A stretch of 64,000 bases of DNA from Psammoneis japonica (GCA_008632985.1 QPGO01000232.1:1-64000), one strand, 5' to 3'. Shown: positions 27,150 to 39,272, numbered from the stretch's first letter. Numbers and translations are program-made. Notes: generated by a model not told the origin, from the letters alone.

Positions 27150-28431
27150 TCCTCCTGTCCACCATCTTCATCATCCTCATCTTCTTCCTCGTCTCCATCA
27201 TCATCGTCAAGGGTTGCAAGTTCAGTGCACTCCTCGTGGAGCTGGGCCAACTTGGAGCAGGATGCTGACCACAGCTGTGACACCTTGCTGGACTCTTCTT
27301 CTTTGTCATCAGCACAGGGAGTCTTGGCCGCCTCTCCAAACCTGGGAAACAACAAGTCAGAGTTGCTGCGCTCAGCTGGAATTGTCACAAGAAACATGGC
27401 AAGGGCAACGCAGCAGTCAAGCTTCCAGTTGTCCTGGCATCATGGGAGAGGGAGGGGAATGCATGGGTCAGAGGTGGCAGCATTTGGGGTTGAGTCAGTC
27501 AAAATGCTCAGCTGAACAAATCGGCTCATCCACAGAAACTCAGCTGAGATCCGTCACTCACCCGGTGAGGGTGCATTTTCAAATTCTGGTGCTTGTCGGT
27601 CTTGTGCCTCATGAGGCTGTGGACAATGACTGGGCAATCCATCGTTTCTTCATGCTGCATCACAACAGAAATTTTCTGCTTGCCTCCAATGGCCACTTCA
27701 GTTCCTCTGCCAGAAGCCTGGAACAAGCAAACATCCAAGAAGTGAAACTCAAATGACTCAGAGTCACCCACCCAAATGACAATGAATGCCGCAGCCTCCC
27801 TGTCTTGTTGTGTTGATGCCTCCCAAGGGTTCACCACTGCCATCCCTTCTTTTCTGTGCCTGTCAACAATGGTTGTTTTCATGTCTGACAGCAGCTTGGA
27901 CCACCTTTCAGCAGCAAGCACTGCAGGACTTTGCTTGTCGGGGTGCCTCCGGATCAGGCAAACTTTTGTTGCACTGGTGCACCCAGTTGCAGACCCAAGC
28001 AACAGGCTCTGTGCATTGGGCGCCTTGCTGCAACGGCACTTTGCATCATTGGCCAGATGGACCAGAAACCCCTCCATCAGGTTGGTGTTGATGTCTTGGT
28101 GCCTGAGATCTTCAACACGAACGTTGGAGTGCCTGCAGTGCTTGAGGTGGTGACAGAAGTGTTTGAGAGCCTTCTTCTGCTTTTTCTCTCTCTCTCTTTG
28201 CTTCTTTCTGTTTTCACGACAAGGAGCAAGGACCAAGCTGGAGGTGGAGGAGTTGGCAGGGACTGAAGCTGCTGCATCAGGTGGGTTGGCTGCTGCTGGG
28301 TGTGGGGCTTGGCCAGCCAAAGTGGGGCGCACTGGCGTCTCATCCAAACGGAGGGTGAGACCTTGGTCATTCCATCTGGCGGCATCTTCCAAGCCTTCTC
28401 TCAACTGCTGTTTCCTCCACCTCCTCTTCAA
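27150..28431 (-). mobile_element. Decayed tyrosine-recombinase (Crypton-like) ORF
   Basis: Helical N-terminal region followed by SGRGTEV (R-x-x-E box I) and RHKT (catalytic Lys-like); continues as LLFPRF..SKVSQLW; no HxxR or Tyr box visible. Confidence 0.45.
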
Positions 28432-29637
28432 GTCTCACCAGGCCACGCTGCATGCCATTCATCCTTCTTTGGCCTGAAATGATGTGAACAAACAACAACG
28501 TTGTCAGCAGAGTGCAGTGGATGACAGGGTGTCTCAGCTGAGCTGCCACGATCTCAGCTGAGGGACATCAGATGAGACATTTCTCAGCTGAGACATTCAA
28601 ACCAGCTGAGAAAAACAAGCAACAACATTCTCAGCTGAGCATGTGAGATCCCAGTTGAGCACAAGGCATCAGCTGAGAACAACAAACACAACCACGTGCA
28701 GAATGTGACAAGACGGCAACAACACACCACACCGCACCACACCCCAAAAAGCAAGCCACAAGAAGAGCAAGAGAAACTCACACAAAAGGCAACAGAGCAA
28801 AATGGCAGAGCCTCCACAGAGGGTCAAAGAATGAAAAAGGTGTTCCACAGAGCCAGCCTGGGTTGAGGGGTTGATTGGTGATGGCTGGGGCCTTGTTGCG
28901 GCGCTGTTGTGTTTTGTGTTTTTTGGAGTGGGGCGAGTTGATTGGAAACAGCGCAGCACCACACAAATTTGACACTGCATCCACGGACTCACCAGGCAAC
29001 ACTTGGGCATGGCAAAAAGTGTGCATTTGGTCAAAATCAATTGTTGAGTGCAAACAAATGGTGGTGTCTTTAGGGTGCCTTCAGTGAGCCGAACACGCAC
29101 ATTTCTCATCTGACCATCACAGGTCATCTCACGGGGGGTGTCAAAATGTCGTGCTTTAATGTGTGAATTTTCAATTTCATGTGACCTTGACAGCTGCATG
29201 CATGGAAAGCCACCACGTTGCAGCGCCTTCAGCACAAGGTCACTGTCCATCCACATGCATGGCAACCCAGCTGGAAAAGCGGTCATGAGAAGCCTTGCGG
29301 CCTTGGTGATCTTCGTGGTTGGTTTGCTGTTTTTGTGATGGAAAAAATGTCATGGAGCTGTCGCGGAGCTGAAGCAGCCACGGGTGATGCACAGACTTAC
29401 GGGGGGTCCCCGTCAATGCGTGGCATTGCAACGAGTCAATTGCGTGGAATTGTGCTAAGACAATGACCTCCTGCAGTCAGGTCAGCACACAGAGCTGTCA
29501 TGCACTTTGTGCAGGCCTGGTGTGTTTTTGTGCAGGAGGGCACTGTGTGCCCAACCATGGAGCTGCCCTCCAACCACGAGTTCTGACCTCCTGCACCAAC
29601 AGCACCAGGCGCGCGCACGTAGAATGAAAAAAAAAAG

Positions 29638-31580
29638 ACCAGGCCTGTGGGGAGCATTGACCACTTGTCTTTCTTTGTGGGTGTGGGAGCATGTGTGCCG
29701 TTGCATGCTGCATTGCCTGTACGCACGCAGGGCCCTGCCACCGGGGCCGGCATTGTGGCGGCTGAGTGGCGTGGCCACCACACCGGTGACGCGGATGACC
29801 ATTGCATTTGATGTCTCATGCCCCATTTTTGGGGCTGCAGCGAGGTGCACGGACACTCTTTTTTTTCCAATTTATCGCCACAACAGCACATCACACAAAC
29901 TCACTCATTGTTCGACATGTTTTCCCCAATGTGACTTTTTTGTGTAGAATTCACGACAAATTGTCTTTGCACACAACTGAACACATTTTTGAACATGCCA
30001 CACCGGCAATCCCAATTTTTCAGAACTTTCGAGCTCTCCTGAAAAACCGTGCCACACACCCGTTGTAGGGAATTTGTCGATTTTTTAGGATGTCCCCACA
30101 ACCTCTCATGTCCTCCATGATCATTCTGCGAATCCGAAGAATTCATCTGCACCAAACAACCCATGCCCTTTCAAAATCCAAGGGACACATTTTCAAATTC
30201 AGACGGACAACCCGACTGCCCGACTGCCCCACTGCCCCACTGCCCGACTGCCCCACTGCCCGACCCCCCGACTGCCCGACCCCCCGACTGCCGGGCCGAC
30301 ACGAACCAGGCCTGCGGGGAGCATTGACCACTTGTCTTTCTTTGTGGGTGTGGGTGCATGTGTGCCGTTGCATGCTGCATTGCCTGCATGCACGCAGGGC
30401 CCTGCCACCGGGGCCGGCATTGTGGCGGCTGAGTGGCGTGGCCACCACACCGGTGACGCGGATGACCGTCACATTTGATGTCTCATGCCATTTTTGGGGC
30501 TGCAGCGAGGTGCACGGACACTCTTTTTTTTTCCAATTTATCGCCACAACAGCGCATCGCACAAACTCGCTCATTGTTCGACATGTTTTCCCCAACATGA
30601 CTTTTTCGTGTAGAGTTCACGACAAATCATCTTTGTGTGCAACTGAGCACATTTTTGAACATGCCACGCCGGCAATCCCAATTTTTCAGAACTTTCGAGC
30701 TCTCCTGAAAAACCGTGCCACACACCCGTCGCAGGGAATTTGTCGATTTTTTAGGATGTCCCCACAACCTCTCATGTCCTCAATGATCATTCCACGAATC
30801 TGAAGAATTCATCTGCACCAAACAACCCATGCCGTTCCAAAATCCGAGGGACACACTTTCAAATTCAGATGGACAACCCGACTGCCCGACCCCCCGACTG
30901 CCCGACTGCCGGACCGACACGAAACCAGGCCTGCGGGGAGCATTGACCACTTGTCTTTCTTTGTGGGTGTGGGTGTGTGTGTGCCGTTGCGTGCTGCATT
31001 GCCTGTGCGTGCGCAGGGCCCTGCCGCAGGGGCCGGCATTGTGGTGGCTGAGTGGCGTGGCCACCGCACCGGTGACACAGATGACCGTCACATTTGATGT
31101 CTCGTGCAATTTTTGGGGCTGCAGCGAGGTGCACGGACACTCTTTTTTTCCAATTTATCGCCATGACAGCGCATCGCACAAACTCACTTGTTGTTCGACA
31201 TGTTTTCCCCAGTGTGACTTTTTCATGTAGAATTCACGACAAATTATCTTTGCACACAACTGAGTGCATTTTTGAACATGCCACGCCGGCAATCCCAATT
31301 TTTCAGAACTTTCGAGCTCTCCTGAAAAACCGTGCCACGCACCCGTCGCAGGGAATTTGTCGATTTTTTAGGATGTCCCCACGACCTCTCATGTCCTCAA
31401 TGATCATTCTGCGAATCCGAAGAATTCATCTGCACTAAACAACCCATGCCGTTCCAAAATCCGAGGGACACACTTTCAAATTCAGACGGACAACCCGACT
31501 GCCCGACCCCCCGACTGCCCGACTGCCCGACTGCCCGACCCCCCGACTGCCCGACTGCCCGACTGCCGGACCGACACGAA
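29638..31580. repeat. Three tandem ~620-670-bp units, each ending in a (CCCGACTG)n minisatellite
   Basis: Units start ACCAGGCCTG at 29638, 30305 and 30924; followed by a 2x ~37-bp direct repeat at ~31580-31653. Confidence 0.9.
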
Positions 31581-31960
31581 AAAGTCTGCAATCACCAACC
31601 ACTGAGTGGTCAATGAAAAGTCTGCAATCACCAACCACTGAGTGGTCAATGAAATGACCTCCCTGTGAAGGTCAGTGCACAGTGGGGACAGTGCTGTACC
31701 CCTTCGTTCTGCGAATGCCTTAAAAATGTATAAAAAATTAAAAAATGCAACGGACAAAACTCGTTATGTTCTATCTACAAAGATTTATACGGAATTGACA
31801 AATGATTTGCCGCCAACCCACCGTCAAAATTTCAAAATCGTGCGCATAATCAAATCCATCGCCAAACGACAACGTGCGTTGCGTACCACGTCGAAACTTG
31901 GAGAGGAGACAATAGAGGCTTCACAACAGTACACAACGGCTGTGCTGTGTGTTTGTCACC

Positions 31961-33136
31961 ATGAGATTCCTTCCTCTTGTTCTCGTCGCATGGGTGCTGC
32001 TGGCCGCGGTGGATCCCCTCGAGGCTTTGAAACGCGCAAGTCTGCGGGAAGGCCCATCAGAGGCAGCACGAAAGCTGACAGCAAAGGACAGTGCCCAAGA
32101 CCACAAGGGCAGCAAAAGTAGCAGCAGTAGTAAAGGCAAGAACAGACAAAGTCGTTCTCAAAGCAAAAGTCATTCTCGAAGCAGCAGCAGTAGTGAAAGC
32201 AACAACGAACCCTGTTTGGAACCCACACCCAAGGACGTTTGCGTTGCCCCCGAAGAGCCGGTAGCACCCACCGTCGTGTCGTGTGGAGTTGAAATTGTTG
32301 ACCAAGTAGTGACCCTCAAGTCGGGTCTGGCATGTCCGACTCCCAATACCAACGAGGCTGTCATTACAGTGAATGGTCCACAAGCTGTCTTGGATTGTGC
32401 TGGAGACGGCGATAACATGATTGTCGACCGAACGTTCGGCAACATTTTTGAATCCGGGTCCATTGGTGTTGTGCTATTGAACGGAGCCACCATGAAGAAT
32501 TGTTTTGTCCAAGGATTTGGAACGGGTGTTGTCATGAGAGGTGATGGAAACAACAGAATTGTTGGATCAACCATCTTGGGTAACCAAGTTGGGGTCATGA
32601 GTGACATGACTGGATCCGGCCAAAGTGGCGATCGTGCTTACTCGGTCGAGGGCAGCACGATCATGAGCCCATCTGGCTCGGATACAGCCGGAGTTTTGAC
32701 ACAGCATGACGGCTCCATGACTATAAGCAATACCGACATTTTGGGAGGGCAATCTACGGTGGGGGTGCATGCGGTTCCCATGAGTGGTAACGGACTGAAT
32801 TTAGCAATGGAGGATGTCAACATTTTTCGTGGAGAGCAGGGCGTTGTTGTAGGCGATGATTCCACCGATTACGGGCAGGTTGTGCTAGATCTTTTTGGCC
32901 GCAACAAGTTAATTGGGAACCAAGGCAAAAGCATTTTGGTAAAGGAAAACACCAACGAAGGTGGGAGCATCACGGTTTTTGGAGACCTAATCGTAGAATA
33001 CGCGGGCGATGACCCAATTGAGGTGATGGATGCTGATGCTACGTTTGTTTTGGAAGCTGAATCTCGTTCCGAAATCATCAATACAGCAACAAACTCAGAC
33101 CAAGCTCAGGCTTGCAGAGGTGTCGACGTTCCGTAG
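31961..33136 (+). CDS. Secreted right-handed beta-helix (pectin-lyase-fold) protein
   Basis: Signal peptide MRFLPLVLVAWVLL; S/K-rich linker; VTLKSGLAC..AVITV.GPQAVLDC.G and repeated beta-helix-like strands; normal TA content. Confidence 0.7.
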   Translation: MRFLPLVLVAWVLLAAVDPLEALKRASLREGPSEAARKLTAKDSAQDHKGSKSSSSSKGKNRQSRSQSKSHSRSSSSSESNNEPCLEPTPKDVCVAPEEPVAPTVVSCGVEIVDQVVTLKSGLACPTPNTNEAVITVNGPQAVLDCAGDGDNMIVDRTFGNIFESGSIGVVLLNGATMKNCFVQGFGTGVVMRGDGNNRIVGSTILGNQVGVMSDMTGSGQSGDRAYSVEGSTIMSPSGSDTAGVLTQHDGSMTISNTDILGGQSTVGVHAVPMSGNGLNLAMEDVNIFRGEQGVVVGDDSTDYGQVVLDLFGRNKLIGNQGKSILVKENTNEGGSITVFGDLIVEYAGDDPIEVMDADATFVLEAESRSEIINTATNSDQAQACRGVDVP

Positions 33137-33550
33137 AGTAGGCCCTTGCAAACTCCATTTTGAAATGGTCCATCAAAATGCGCTAGAGTGTACCGATCCT
33201 AAAAAAAAGACTTACAGGTCTGCTGAAGAGTAAATATTCACGCATGCTTATTCTTGCACTCCAAGACGAAACGCCTTCCACCAGGATCTCGGTGTTGTTC
33301 TTGAAATTCGTCCACAATATGGTTTACGCATTCTTTTGTAGGTTTCAGCGCTATCCTATGATAATAGGCTTGCGTCAATTTAAAATTTGCATGCTAAATC
33401 ATGACGCATGGCGTGACTTCGGTTTCACATTTATTCCTCTCGCGCATCTTTTTGACTTGTACAGGATTAAATAGGCAATGTCATGCGCTATGAAGTTATG
33501 CTAGTCATAATCTGGATGGGGTTCTGCGACTTACTCTTACAGGAGATTTT

Positions 33551-34915
33551 TCATTGATCATCCGACTCTTCACTTGGTGGCGGTATGTTCCTTCCAGCCT
33601 TGATCCATCTCTCGGACGCACCAAAATTCAGTTCGGAAACAAGCGTATCGACTCGAATATTTTGATCTTCAAATCCATCCACACCAAAGGGATCCAAAAA
33701 TGATTTCGACAGTACCAGCAATCCACGGAAGAAAAACGTCATGAGCCCGACAAGCGGTGTCGATAGACTACCCAAATCCGAATAGAGCGCAAAGGGTGCT
33801 ACCCATATAAGAGAATCAATCAAGACTTGAACGAGTTGGACATAGGCAAGTGGCATGCGTCCGGCTCGTAAATCATCAATATCAAACATACTAGCACGCA
33901 ATCGTGTCAATTGATCCAAGACATTGGTTTCAAATCCCGAACCACCACGGAGGGTTCCTTGTTGAATGCCTTCGGTCACGTGCATGCCCACCCACGTCAA
34001 GAGGATATACGCGTATTGCGACGGCGGCAATCGGGATTGCATCAAGGCGGGTGCTTCCTTTTTTTGAAGTTGTCCCGATTCGACCAAGGCTTGCAATCCA
34101 AACGGACTCAGCAACAACGGTCCAATGTGCTGTTCATCAAAGGGCAATGGACAATTTTCCGTATCCTCCATGAATTCTTCACTATCAATCAATCCGTTGG
34201 ATGCCGTTTTGGTGGCGGCCCAAAAGAAAATGTGACTCATGCGTATCAACCGACAACAGCGTTTTACCAATTGTTCCGATTGTTTGTCGTAACCTCCGCC
34301 TTGTTTGTTGCGTTTGGCTGCCATGGTTATTAATATGCATAAATCATTGGCACGTCCTTGAATGGCGCGTGTCGTAAAGTAGACTTTTTGCCAGTATTCA
34401 AAACTCTGCGAAAGGAAAAAGGCCAAGACAAACGTGGCAATCGTCAATTGGTATTCCCACATTTTCTTCAATCCAATCAATCCCTTGATAAGTGGTTCAT
34501 CCGGACTGGGTATGGATAAAAACGCACGGTTCCTTCCTGCAACTCCGACATCAAACGCCACACAGGCGGCAATGGCCACCAACACGGATCGCCACGTGAG
34601 TTGCAACACGGTTCCCGTCCATTTGCGCCACAGCCACACGCCACGGGGTTGGTACTCGTCGATAATGGGACGATTGGGTTGTCGTGATTCGGCCCAATCC
34701 GTTAAACGGTCCAAACGACCACTCTGCCAACCGAGATTGGTCGGTGAACCCTTGCCTCGTAAGACGTGTCTGACAATTAATGTACAACGACGTGATGGTT
34801 TTGGTTTGAAAAGGTAGTTGGGATTGAGAATGTGAAACGCGTTGGAAGAGCTGTTGAGCAAGATGAAAAGTAAAACTCGTAAAGTCACTGTGTATCGGTT
34901 GAGACTAAATGGCAT
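33551..34915 (-). CDS. Bestrophin-like channel, probably plastid-targeted
   Basis: FVLAFFL..S..YW, MPLAYVQLVQVL, FFFRGLL.LSK.FLDPFG; signal peptide followed by SNAF motif; intact ORF. Confidence 0.85.
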   Translation of the reverse strand: MPFSLNRYTVTLRVLLFILLNSSSNAFHILNPNYLFKPKPSRRCTLIVRHVLRGKGSPTNLGWQSGRLDRLTDWAESRQPNRPIIDEYQPRGVWLWRKWTGTVLQLTWRSVLVAIAACVAFDVGVAGRNRAFLSIPSPDEPLIKGLIGLKKMWEYQLTIATFVLAFFLSQSFEYWQKVYFTTRAIQGRANDLCILITMAAKRNKQGGGYDKQSEQLVKRCCRLIRMSHIFFWAATKTASNGLIDSEEFMEDTENCPLPFDEQHIGPLLLSPFGLQALVESGQLQKKEAPALMQSRLPPSQYAYILLTWVGMHVTEGIQQGTLRGGSGFETNVLDQLTRLRASMFDIDDLRAGRMPLAYVQLVQVLIDSLIWVAPFALYSDLGSLSTPLVGLMTFFFRGLLVLSKSFLDPFGVDGFEDQNIRVDTLVSELNFGASERWIKAGRNIPPPSEESDDQ

Positions 34916-35319
34916 GATGTTGTTTTTGATCTGCTCTACCATTTCACAATTAATGTTGCAGAACAACAATAAGCACCGGACTTCTCATGCACAAGAAGTG
35001 ATCGTGATGGGTGATGGTGGCGTCAAAAAAAAACGCGGGAAAAAGCGTTGGACTAAATTTTTCGATCTTTTGCGGATGACCTACAGACACTTCAAGCATG
35101 TCCGGTCCGTCCGTTCGTCCCATCTCTACAAAGCGACCAAACTCGCAGTCTCATCTTGATAGGGCTCTCTCTCTCTACTAGAGGGCTAAAGCCCTATCCT
35201 GTAGCTAAAGGCACTATATCCAAAGACCACACGACGCTTAAAACGTATCCCAATATGAAACCCAAATAAAGGACACAAATAGCCGAATAGTCTAATCGAG
35301 GGACTTCCGCATGGCAAAA

Positions 35320-36630
35320 TCATATCAACTTATTTCTGTTCCCCACTCGTTCCGCCACTCGTAGCGTCGCGCTTCGTGCACGAGAATTCAATTGAATCTC
35401 CTCCTCGGTTGCTTTCTGCGGTTTCCCCACGTCTTCCAGGGTCGCGGAGTGCCAATGTAATTGCCGTACAAATCTCGTTCGTCCTTGGGACGCGCACCCG
35501 TCGTACCATGTCGCATGACACGCTTGGTGCTCGGTCTTCCATGGAATGATAACTCAACACTACCAAGCGTCCTCCGGGTCGTACAAGTGCCGGACACATT
35601 TCCTCGAGAGCTTTGTTGAGTACTTCGTCTTCGCGATTCACGACAATGCGCAAACTTTGAAAGACTCGTGCCAGCGTTGCCGTCCTTCCTCGTCGGCGGC
35701 TCTGTTTGGCAAAGGCGGGAACGACGGTGGCAACCGCGTCCACCAAGTCTTTGTGGTTTGGAGCGGTCGTGATGGACCATGGCTTGCGCAATGGCTCTGG
35801 CCCGCGGTCTCGCCGTACTGCTTCAAGATGCGTTTGAGTTCGTCCAGAGAAAACTCATTGCAAACGTCCGCGGCACTGATGCCTGCAGAGCCCGACATGC
35901 GCATATCCAAAGGACCGTCCTTCATGAATGCAAATCCTCGTTCGGGAGTATCAATTTGATAGGAGGATACTCCAAGATCCAAAAGAATTCCGTCCACTCC
36001 ATTATGATGGCTGCGGTCCAGTATTGCTCGTTGGTGTGTGGATGTCGAATCTCGGGTATCGTTGTAGCTAAATCACAGAAATTAGACTGGACCGACACAA
36101 AAGTGGCTTTGTTGTACCATCATGATTGATAAACTCCTGTAAGCGTTTCGACGTTGTCGAAATGGCATCCGGATCCACATCACACCCAAAACAATATCTC
36201 CAGGCCGCAATCTCTCCAGCAGCGCCAATGAATGACCTCCGCCACCCAGCGTCCCGTCCACAAAAATGAGATTTTTTTCGTCGGAAGACCGTTGACATTC
36301 AAGCAATGCATCGATGCACTCTTTGCACATGACGGGTGCATGATAGTCGGTGGCAAAATCTGTCACGTGGTTGGAAGCTACAACATCATCATGAGAAGAA
36401 CGCTGCTGTTGGTGCCTCTGTCGCTTTGCCCGGCACAGAGTCGAATGACACTGTCGTTGATGAGGACGAATATACTGTACTTCTACCCTCGATACAGAAA
36501 AGGCATTTGTCGTAATGCCACGCCACGAAAAGGAAGCCGCTGCAACCATGGATGGCAAGGCGATACAACAGGAATAAGGTGTCCGATATCTCATTAAGAA
36601 TTGTTGTTTCGCGAATGCTCGTCCTATCAT
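35320..36630 (-). CDS. rsmH: Organellar 16S rRNA m4C1402 methyltransferase RsmH/MraW
   Basis: [78 protein letters not shown]; several 1-bp frameshifts. Confidence 0.9.
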
Positions 36631-36998
36631 ATATAAAAAGTACTGTTCCGTATGTTGTTCAGTAGAGAACTGGTCTGCCTTGAGGGTGGGTTACGAAGAG
36701 ATCGTTCTTGCGGTCTATTGAGCAAGCGCCGATGGTGACAGATTATGCACAGGATGCATCAAAAATTTCAAAGATCGCAACGGAAAAAACAAAAAACGCT
36801 GAAAAGCGCGGGAAAGCGATGGATCTAAATTTTTCGATCTTTTTGGGATGACGTACGGACTATTCCGATAGTTAGCGAACAGGATAGCTCCACGTGGAAG
36901 TGATACTGATGATACACATTCTCGCGCCTGACGTCACTCTCATTTTTTCTTTCTCTGATTTCGGTGACACGACCACAATTTCCCAACAAAACACGACC

Positions 36999-37858
36999 AT
37001 GAAGCTATTCGCTGCTGCCTCTTCTCTAGTGTGCATGGCCACTACGGCCGGAGCCTTTGCTCCCCTTGTCGGACGCTCTGCTGCTACTTCTTCAGCCCTC
37101 AACATTGCTGTGGGCGACTCGATTCCATCCGTCGAGCTCATGCAGGGATTTCCCGATGTCGAGAAGATCAATGTTGCCGATTACGCCAAGGGCAAGAAAT
37201 GATTGTCGTGGTCTTCCCGGCGCATTCACCCCCACGTGATCCGCAACCCAGGTCCCCGGGTACCTCAAGGCCGAAGGTACGAGAACCGAATATAGGAGTT
37301 ATCGTCGTTTCATTTATGTTTTGCTGTGGTATTGTGTGCGTGCATGAGAACTCGAAACATCATTCTCACCTCGCTCTTTTGCTCCACATCTAATCAATAC
37401 GATGTACAACAGACGACTTGAAAGCCGCGGGAATCGACGAAGTACTCGTGTACTGCATCAATGACCCAGCCGTTATGCAGGCTTGGGCCATGGATCAAAA
37501 GACTGGTATCTCCATGATCACCATGATGGGTGATCCCGCCGGAGAATTCACCAAGGCTCTTGATGTGAGTATATTCTGTTTGTAGCATGATGGTATGATT
37601 GTTATTTTGCTTACATCTCACTCTATACCACTTGTATTACCGCTCAAATTATCGCAGCTTGAAATGACCGACGAGGGTCCTCCTTCGGTTGGAATCATTG
37701 GACGCAGCAAGCGTTTTGCCTTGTACGTGGATGATGGTGAGGTCAAGTACGTTGCCGTCAGTGAGGCCGAGGGTGATCCCGCCGGTGACGCTGATCCGTC
37801 TGCCTCGTGCGCTCCCGCCATGCTGGAAGCTATCCAAGAACAAACCGCCGCTGTTTAA
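36999..37858 (+). CDS. Plastid-targeted type II (Prx5-like) peroxiredoxin with selenocysteine
   Basis: GAFAP bipartite motif; GLPGAFTPT-TGA-S (TGA 37237-37239) at the peroxidatic Cys; NDPAVMQAW, GRSKRFAL; introns 37277-37412 and 37565-37657; two 1-bp deletions near 37200-37211. Confidence 0.85.
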
Positions 37859-37891
37859 AAGTACACTCTCTAACGAGTGTGTGGATTGACG

Positions 37892-37976
37892 TGTTTGAGA
37901 AACGTAATGACGTTGCCGAGTGTTATGCTCTACCCAAGAATGGGCGTAACCTTGGTGACTGACACTGTTTCGAGCA
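37892..37976 (+). promoter_or_regulatory. SECIS-like element 1
   Basis: ATGAC-GTTGCCGAG ... CTTGGTGAC-TGAC (GA quartet plus helix II); lower helix TGTTTG..GAAAC / GTTTCGAGCA. Confidence 0.7.
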
Positions 37977-38035
37977 TTTCAAACGCACACAAGTTGGTGT
38001 GATACTCTTGGATATATTTTTGAAGAAGTCGCTTA

Positions 38036-38112
38036 TCGACTTGAATGCTTGAATGACGTTCCTTCATTGGATACTTGTATGCCGTGAAGAGACTGACCAT
38101 AGCACTTGTCGA
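38036..38112 (+). promoter_or_regulatory. SECIS-like element 2
   Basis: ATGAC-GTTCCTTCAT ... GTGAAGAGAC-TGAC; lower pairing TCGAC..TGCT / AGCA..GTCGA. Confidence 0.6.
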
Positions 38113-38374
38113 CTGATGTTTCTTTACTCCAGCATTTAATTTTAAATTGGATTTATAAAAATGCCAATACTACCGAAAGCAAATCTATTTTATTTTGGGG
38201 CGTGAGCGAGCACAAGGCAAATGTTTTTTTGTTGCCGCATGACGTATCGATCGAGAGTGTGTCTCTTCTGAAACGAAAAAAGCAATTATTTGCTATGTTA
38301 GAGAGCTCTAGTAATAGCATTCACACTAGTGTGCCGCCATGAACCGCAAATGCTACGCCCACACAGAGATACAA

Positions 38375-38596
38375 CTACTCTTGTTGCGCTACACGCAGCA
38401 TGCGACGATCACCGCCGTCAAGCTCCTCATCAAGATCACCAACAACGCCAAGCATGCAAATACGTCCCATGTTGATGTGTCGCCCAAACATCTTGCACAT
38501 GAACTTGCGCATAAACAACGGAATCGTAGCATCCGTAGGCTGAATCATCCCAGCAAGGACCAAAAGCGGGAAAAGAAAGGAAGCAATTTTCATCAT
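38375..38596 (-). CDS. Putative small secreted protein (~73 aa)
   Basis: Signal peptide MMKIASFLFPLLVLAGMIQPTDA; acidic stretch followed by RRMLR; (GA)n tract upstream at 38625-38671. Confidence 0.4.
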   Translation of the reverse strand: MMKIASFLFPLLVLAGMIQPTDATIPLFMRKFMCKMFGRHINMGRICMLGVVGDLDEELDGGDRRMLRVAQQE

Positions 38597-39272
38597 GCGC
38601 AAATCTGCAGTGTGCACAGATACTGAGAGAGGGAGAGAGAGAGAGGGGAGAGAGAGAGAGAGAGAGAGAGAAGCCAATGAGCACATGCGAGGAGGAGTTC
38701 ACAGCAAAGAGTATCTCGCCAAGGACAAGAACGACGCAAAATGCACAGCGACAACTTACCGTTTTGCTCTTTCAATAAAGGCAGTTGGTAGAATTCGTCT
38801 TTTTCCCTTTCGAGTGGGAACGACAGTGTGAGAAGTGCACTGTGAGTTGAATTATTTCAATTTTTAAACCCCATCTTCGGTCCTATATACCATAGTCCGT
38901 TGTGTTAACCGCCATCCGTTGAAATAACTGTTAAAAGAGTTAGTTGTATCATATGTATTCGGAAGGGATGTCCGCCTGTGTCTCCCACCTGATGACCTGC
39001 GTGCGATCATAGAGGGAGGATTAGGAATGGCGCTACGAGAGCCAATCAGAATTCAGCATTTGGGATTTCTACTTAGGGGAGACCCTCGGAAAGTCGAGGA
39101 CTTTCCGACTAATTAATTAACACTTTTTTGGAAAATCTGACGCAATCACTTGGGGACGAGGAGGTTGAGACAACTCTCCAAAAGCAGACACAAGAATCAG
39201 AATGATGCGGAGACCGACTGTCATCTTCCTTTCGTGCCACGGAAAATCACAACAACACAGACTTCTCACGCG

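Noticed and set aside
11400..31600. Dense overlapping Cys/His-rich ORFs in all six frames as real genes or metal-binding proteins
   Set aside because: A by-product of TA loss: TAA/TAG stops and Tyr codons are erased and TG/CA enriched
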